Source of the DNA: Octopus sinensis
Taxonomy: Eukaryota
Direction of reading: 5' to 3'
Assembly (NCBI RefSeq): GCF_006345805.1
Contig: NC_043016.1
Coordinates: 14,632,001 to 14,696,000 of the forward strand
Length of the DNA stretch: 64,000 nucleotides
Below, one piece after another: positions 62,401 through 64,000 of the stretch. Made by a program: the position numbers and the translations under genes. The notes beneath the pieces are model-generated. The model worked only from the letters and a program-made list of their open reading frames with translations. It was not told where the DNA came from and ran no database searches. Each line of letters starts with the position of its first letter. The stretch's first letter is position 1.

Positions 62401-62984
62401 CTGTGCAGTTGCTGAGTGGAATCCAAGAGATGAGAAAAAAGTCTCCAAGACGATGGAGAAATGATTTAGTCAAGCAATTTGGGTCAGGATGGAAAAGGAC
62501 ATAGTGCAACCAAGACAGAATTGGAAGCACATTGTGACCAGTGGTGTGTAATAGCATCTGATGGTCTGGTCAGCAGTGATATATACACACACACATGCAA
62601 AGTGGAAATGAACTTGTGCCTGAGTACAACCACTTCTCAGACACAATGCCACTTCTTAAAGATCAGCAGTAGTGGTCATATAATGCAGGTAACCAGAAAA
62701 TCGCACCTGCTCTCATGCTATGCAAAATCAACCAAGTACTACCATGAGTTAGGAATGTGGTGGTGGTTGAGACCAACACAGAAAGACACACACACACACA
62801 CACAATGGGCTTCTTTCAGTTTCCCTCAAACAAATACACTCACAAGGTTTGGTCAGCTCAAAGACACTTGCCTAAGATGCCACACACTGGGACTGAACCC
62901 AAAACCATGTGGTTGGGAAGCAAGCTTCTTACCACACAGCCACACCTATCAGCATGGCTGCAGCTCTGAGCTGAAACTACAGAG

Positions 62985-63037
<53 letters not shown>

Positions 63038-63219
63038 AGACCTATGTTAAACTCCATTTATTTATTTATATATTATACAAAAAATTCCACGTAAACCCGA
63101 AGTTTCTACCTTTAAAACAAGGGGTTACAACCTCTTTATTTGTGTGATTTTTTGCTACCCTGGTAGCTATTTATCTATTTTTCCATGTTAATTGTCAACA
63201 AGGGAAAAATACACTCATC

Positions 63220-63267
<48 letters not shown>

Positions 63268-64000
63268 CCCTGGTCGAACCGTCCAACCCATGCTAGCATG
63301 GAGAACGGACGTTAAACAATGATGATGATGATGATATGTATGTATGACAGACTCTCCTGTTGTTAGATGACATATGAGGCTTAGACAATTTGCTGAACAA
63401 CCACACAAATGATTTGTTTATACTCATCAAATGTTTGTGTAGACATAAGCTCACTCCCTCCATCAAATTGATATTACCTGTACAGGTGCAACAGGTGTCA
63501 CATGTCAGAGGACGAAATGATTGTAGAGCAACATGAAATGAAGTGCTTTGCTCAAGAGCACAATGCAACACCTGGTCTGGGAATTGAACCTACGATCCCG
63601 CAATCGTGAGTGCAACACCTTAACCACTAAGCCATGTGCCTTCACATATATATATATATATATATATACATAAGATGGGTTTCAGCATATGTTACATTTC
63701 GCTAACCAAGTAGAGATCACTGCAAGGCATTTGGTGAAGTGGAGTCAAACTAGAAACCGGTCAGCCATGTTTGTACATATTATGCTGAAATAAATTAATC
63801 TGGGAAGAAACAAAACTGCTGTGAAACTACACAAATAGGATATGAAAGAGAAAAGTTATTCCGCCCGTCAAATTCTAAATATTTTCTCAAATAAATAATA
63901 TCTTTTAATTTACCTCATCAATTTCGCACAATACAACTTTCTTGACTGAAGGATGTTTCACAACTTCACGGACCACTCCTCCATCTCCTCCGCCAATAAT
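53410..64000 (-). CDS. SRM: Spermidine synthase gene (5'-partial); complement join(>64000-63914, 61823-61670, 60037-59954, 58724-58582, 55089-54967, 53436-53410)
   Basis: The spliced product contains [44 protein letters not shown] and [15 protein letters not shown]. All junctions are GT-AG and in phase. Confidence 0.96.
53660..54013 (+). mobile_element. Retroposon S2 with 3 internal ~60-bp units and (GAT)n tail
   Basis: Homologous to 10512-10850. Confidence 0.82.
54730..54870 (-). mobile_element. 3' end of an RTE-type LINE (C2H2 knuckle plus 3'UTR)
   Basis: [21 protein letters not shown], stop, then ATGGTCATCTTCGAA...GAAC. Confidence 0.75.
54967..55089 (-). CDS. SRM: SRM exon: [41 protein letters not shown]
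   Basis: tttgttag|ATG...AAG|gtcagt; 123 nt. Confidence 0.94.
55410..55770 (-). mobile_element. SINE S1
   Basis: Reverse complement of S1 head and tail. Confidence 0.8.
58582..58724 (-). CDS. SRM: SRM exon: (G)[47 protein letters not shown]
   Basis: ttccag|GT...ACG|gtgagt; 143 nt, phase 1-0. Confidence 0.94.
59954..60037 (-). CDS. SRM: SRM exon: (G)[27 protein letters not shown](G)
   Basis: ttcatag|GG...CAAG|gtaagg; 84 nt, phase 1-1. Confidence 0.95.
60583..61104 (+). mobile_element. Solo LTR (522 bp, Gypsy-like) with 4-bp TSD AATG, nested in a MITE
   Basis: TGTAG...TTACA termini; AATG at 60579-60582 and 61105-61108; AATAAA near 60972. The host MITE sequence resumes after the TSD. Confidence 0.85.
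61670..61823 (-). CDS. SRM: SRM exon: [51 protein letters not shown](G)
   Basis: ttcacag|GAA...GTTG|gtaagg; 154 nt, phase 0-1. Confidence 0.96.
61985..62510 (+). mobile_element. 5'-truncated RTE LINE fragment with inverted 5' segment
   Basis: + strand from ~62070: KRAGWKAF...ARLFNSTVL...WARHVAR..D.RW...EWNPR. - strand 62070-61985: [23 protein letters not shown]. Confidence 0.8.
63340..63645 (-). mobile_element. tRNA-headed SINE S3
   Basis: Reverse complement reads GAAGGCACATGGCTTAGTGGTTAAGG...GGTTCAATTCCC. Confidence 0.75.
63914..64000 (-). CDS. SRM: SRM exon (partial at window edge): [29 protein letters not shown]
   Basis: GGGDGG dcSAM-binding motif; donor GAG|gtaaat at 63914/63913. Confidence 0.96.

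Overview
AT-rich, microsatellite- and repeat-dense eukaryotic genomic DNA. It is most likely a coleoid cephalopod (Octopus-like); this is inferred from repeat families and SSR load and was not checked against a database. Two convergent spliced genes are present. (1) A + strand SLC5A/SGLT-family Na+/sugar cotransporter: 11 coding exons from 6179 to the stop at 42030, all with GT-AG sites and consistent phases; the exons for the first ~120 aa are not visible and probably lie upstream of the window. (2) A - strand spermidine synthase (SRM): 6 coding exons from the window end (64000) to the stop at 53410. Introns and the ~11 kb intergenic spacer hold tRNA-headed SINEs of several families, RTE-type LINE fragments, mariner and hAT pseudogenes, piggyBac-type TTAA MITEs, a solo LTR and long SSRs. 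The most unusual signal is a set of small Penelope/retrozyme-like elements carrying minimal type I hammerhead ribozyme (HHR) folds from at least 4 unrelated families. One has a compensatory G3:C8 core swap (16525-16574, - strand), one is a textbook intact GUC HHR (44311-44392, - strand), one sits inside a perfect 137-bp inverted-repeat element (24071-24953), and one forms the arms of a palindromic SINE-HHR element (7.0-8.0 kb and 27.3-27.8 kb). Almost all ORFs in the supplied six-frame track are SSR or repeat artefacts.
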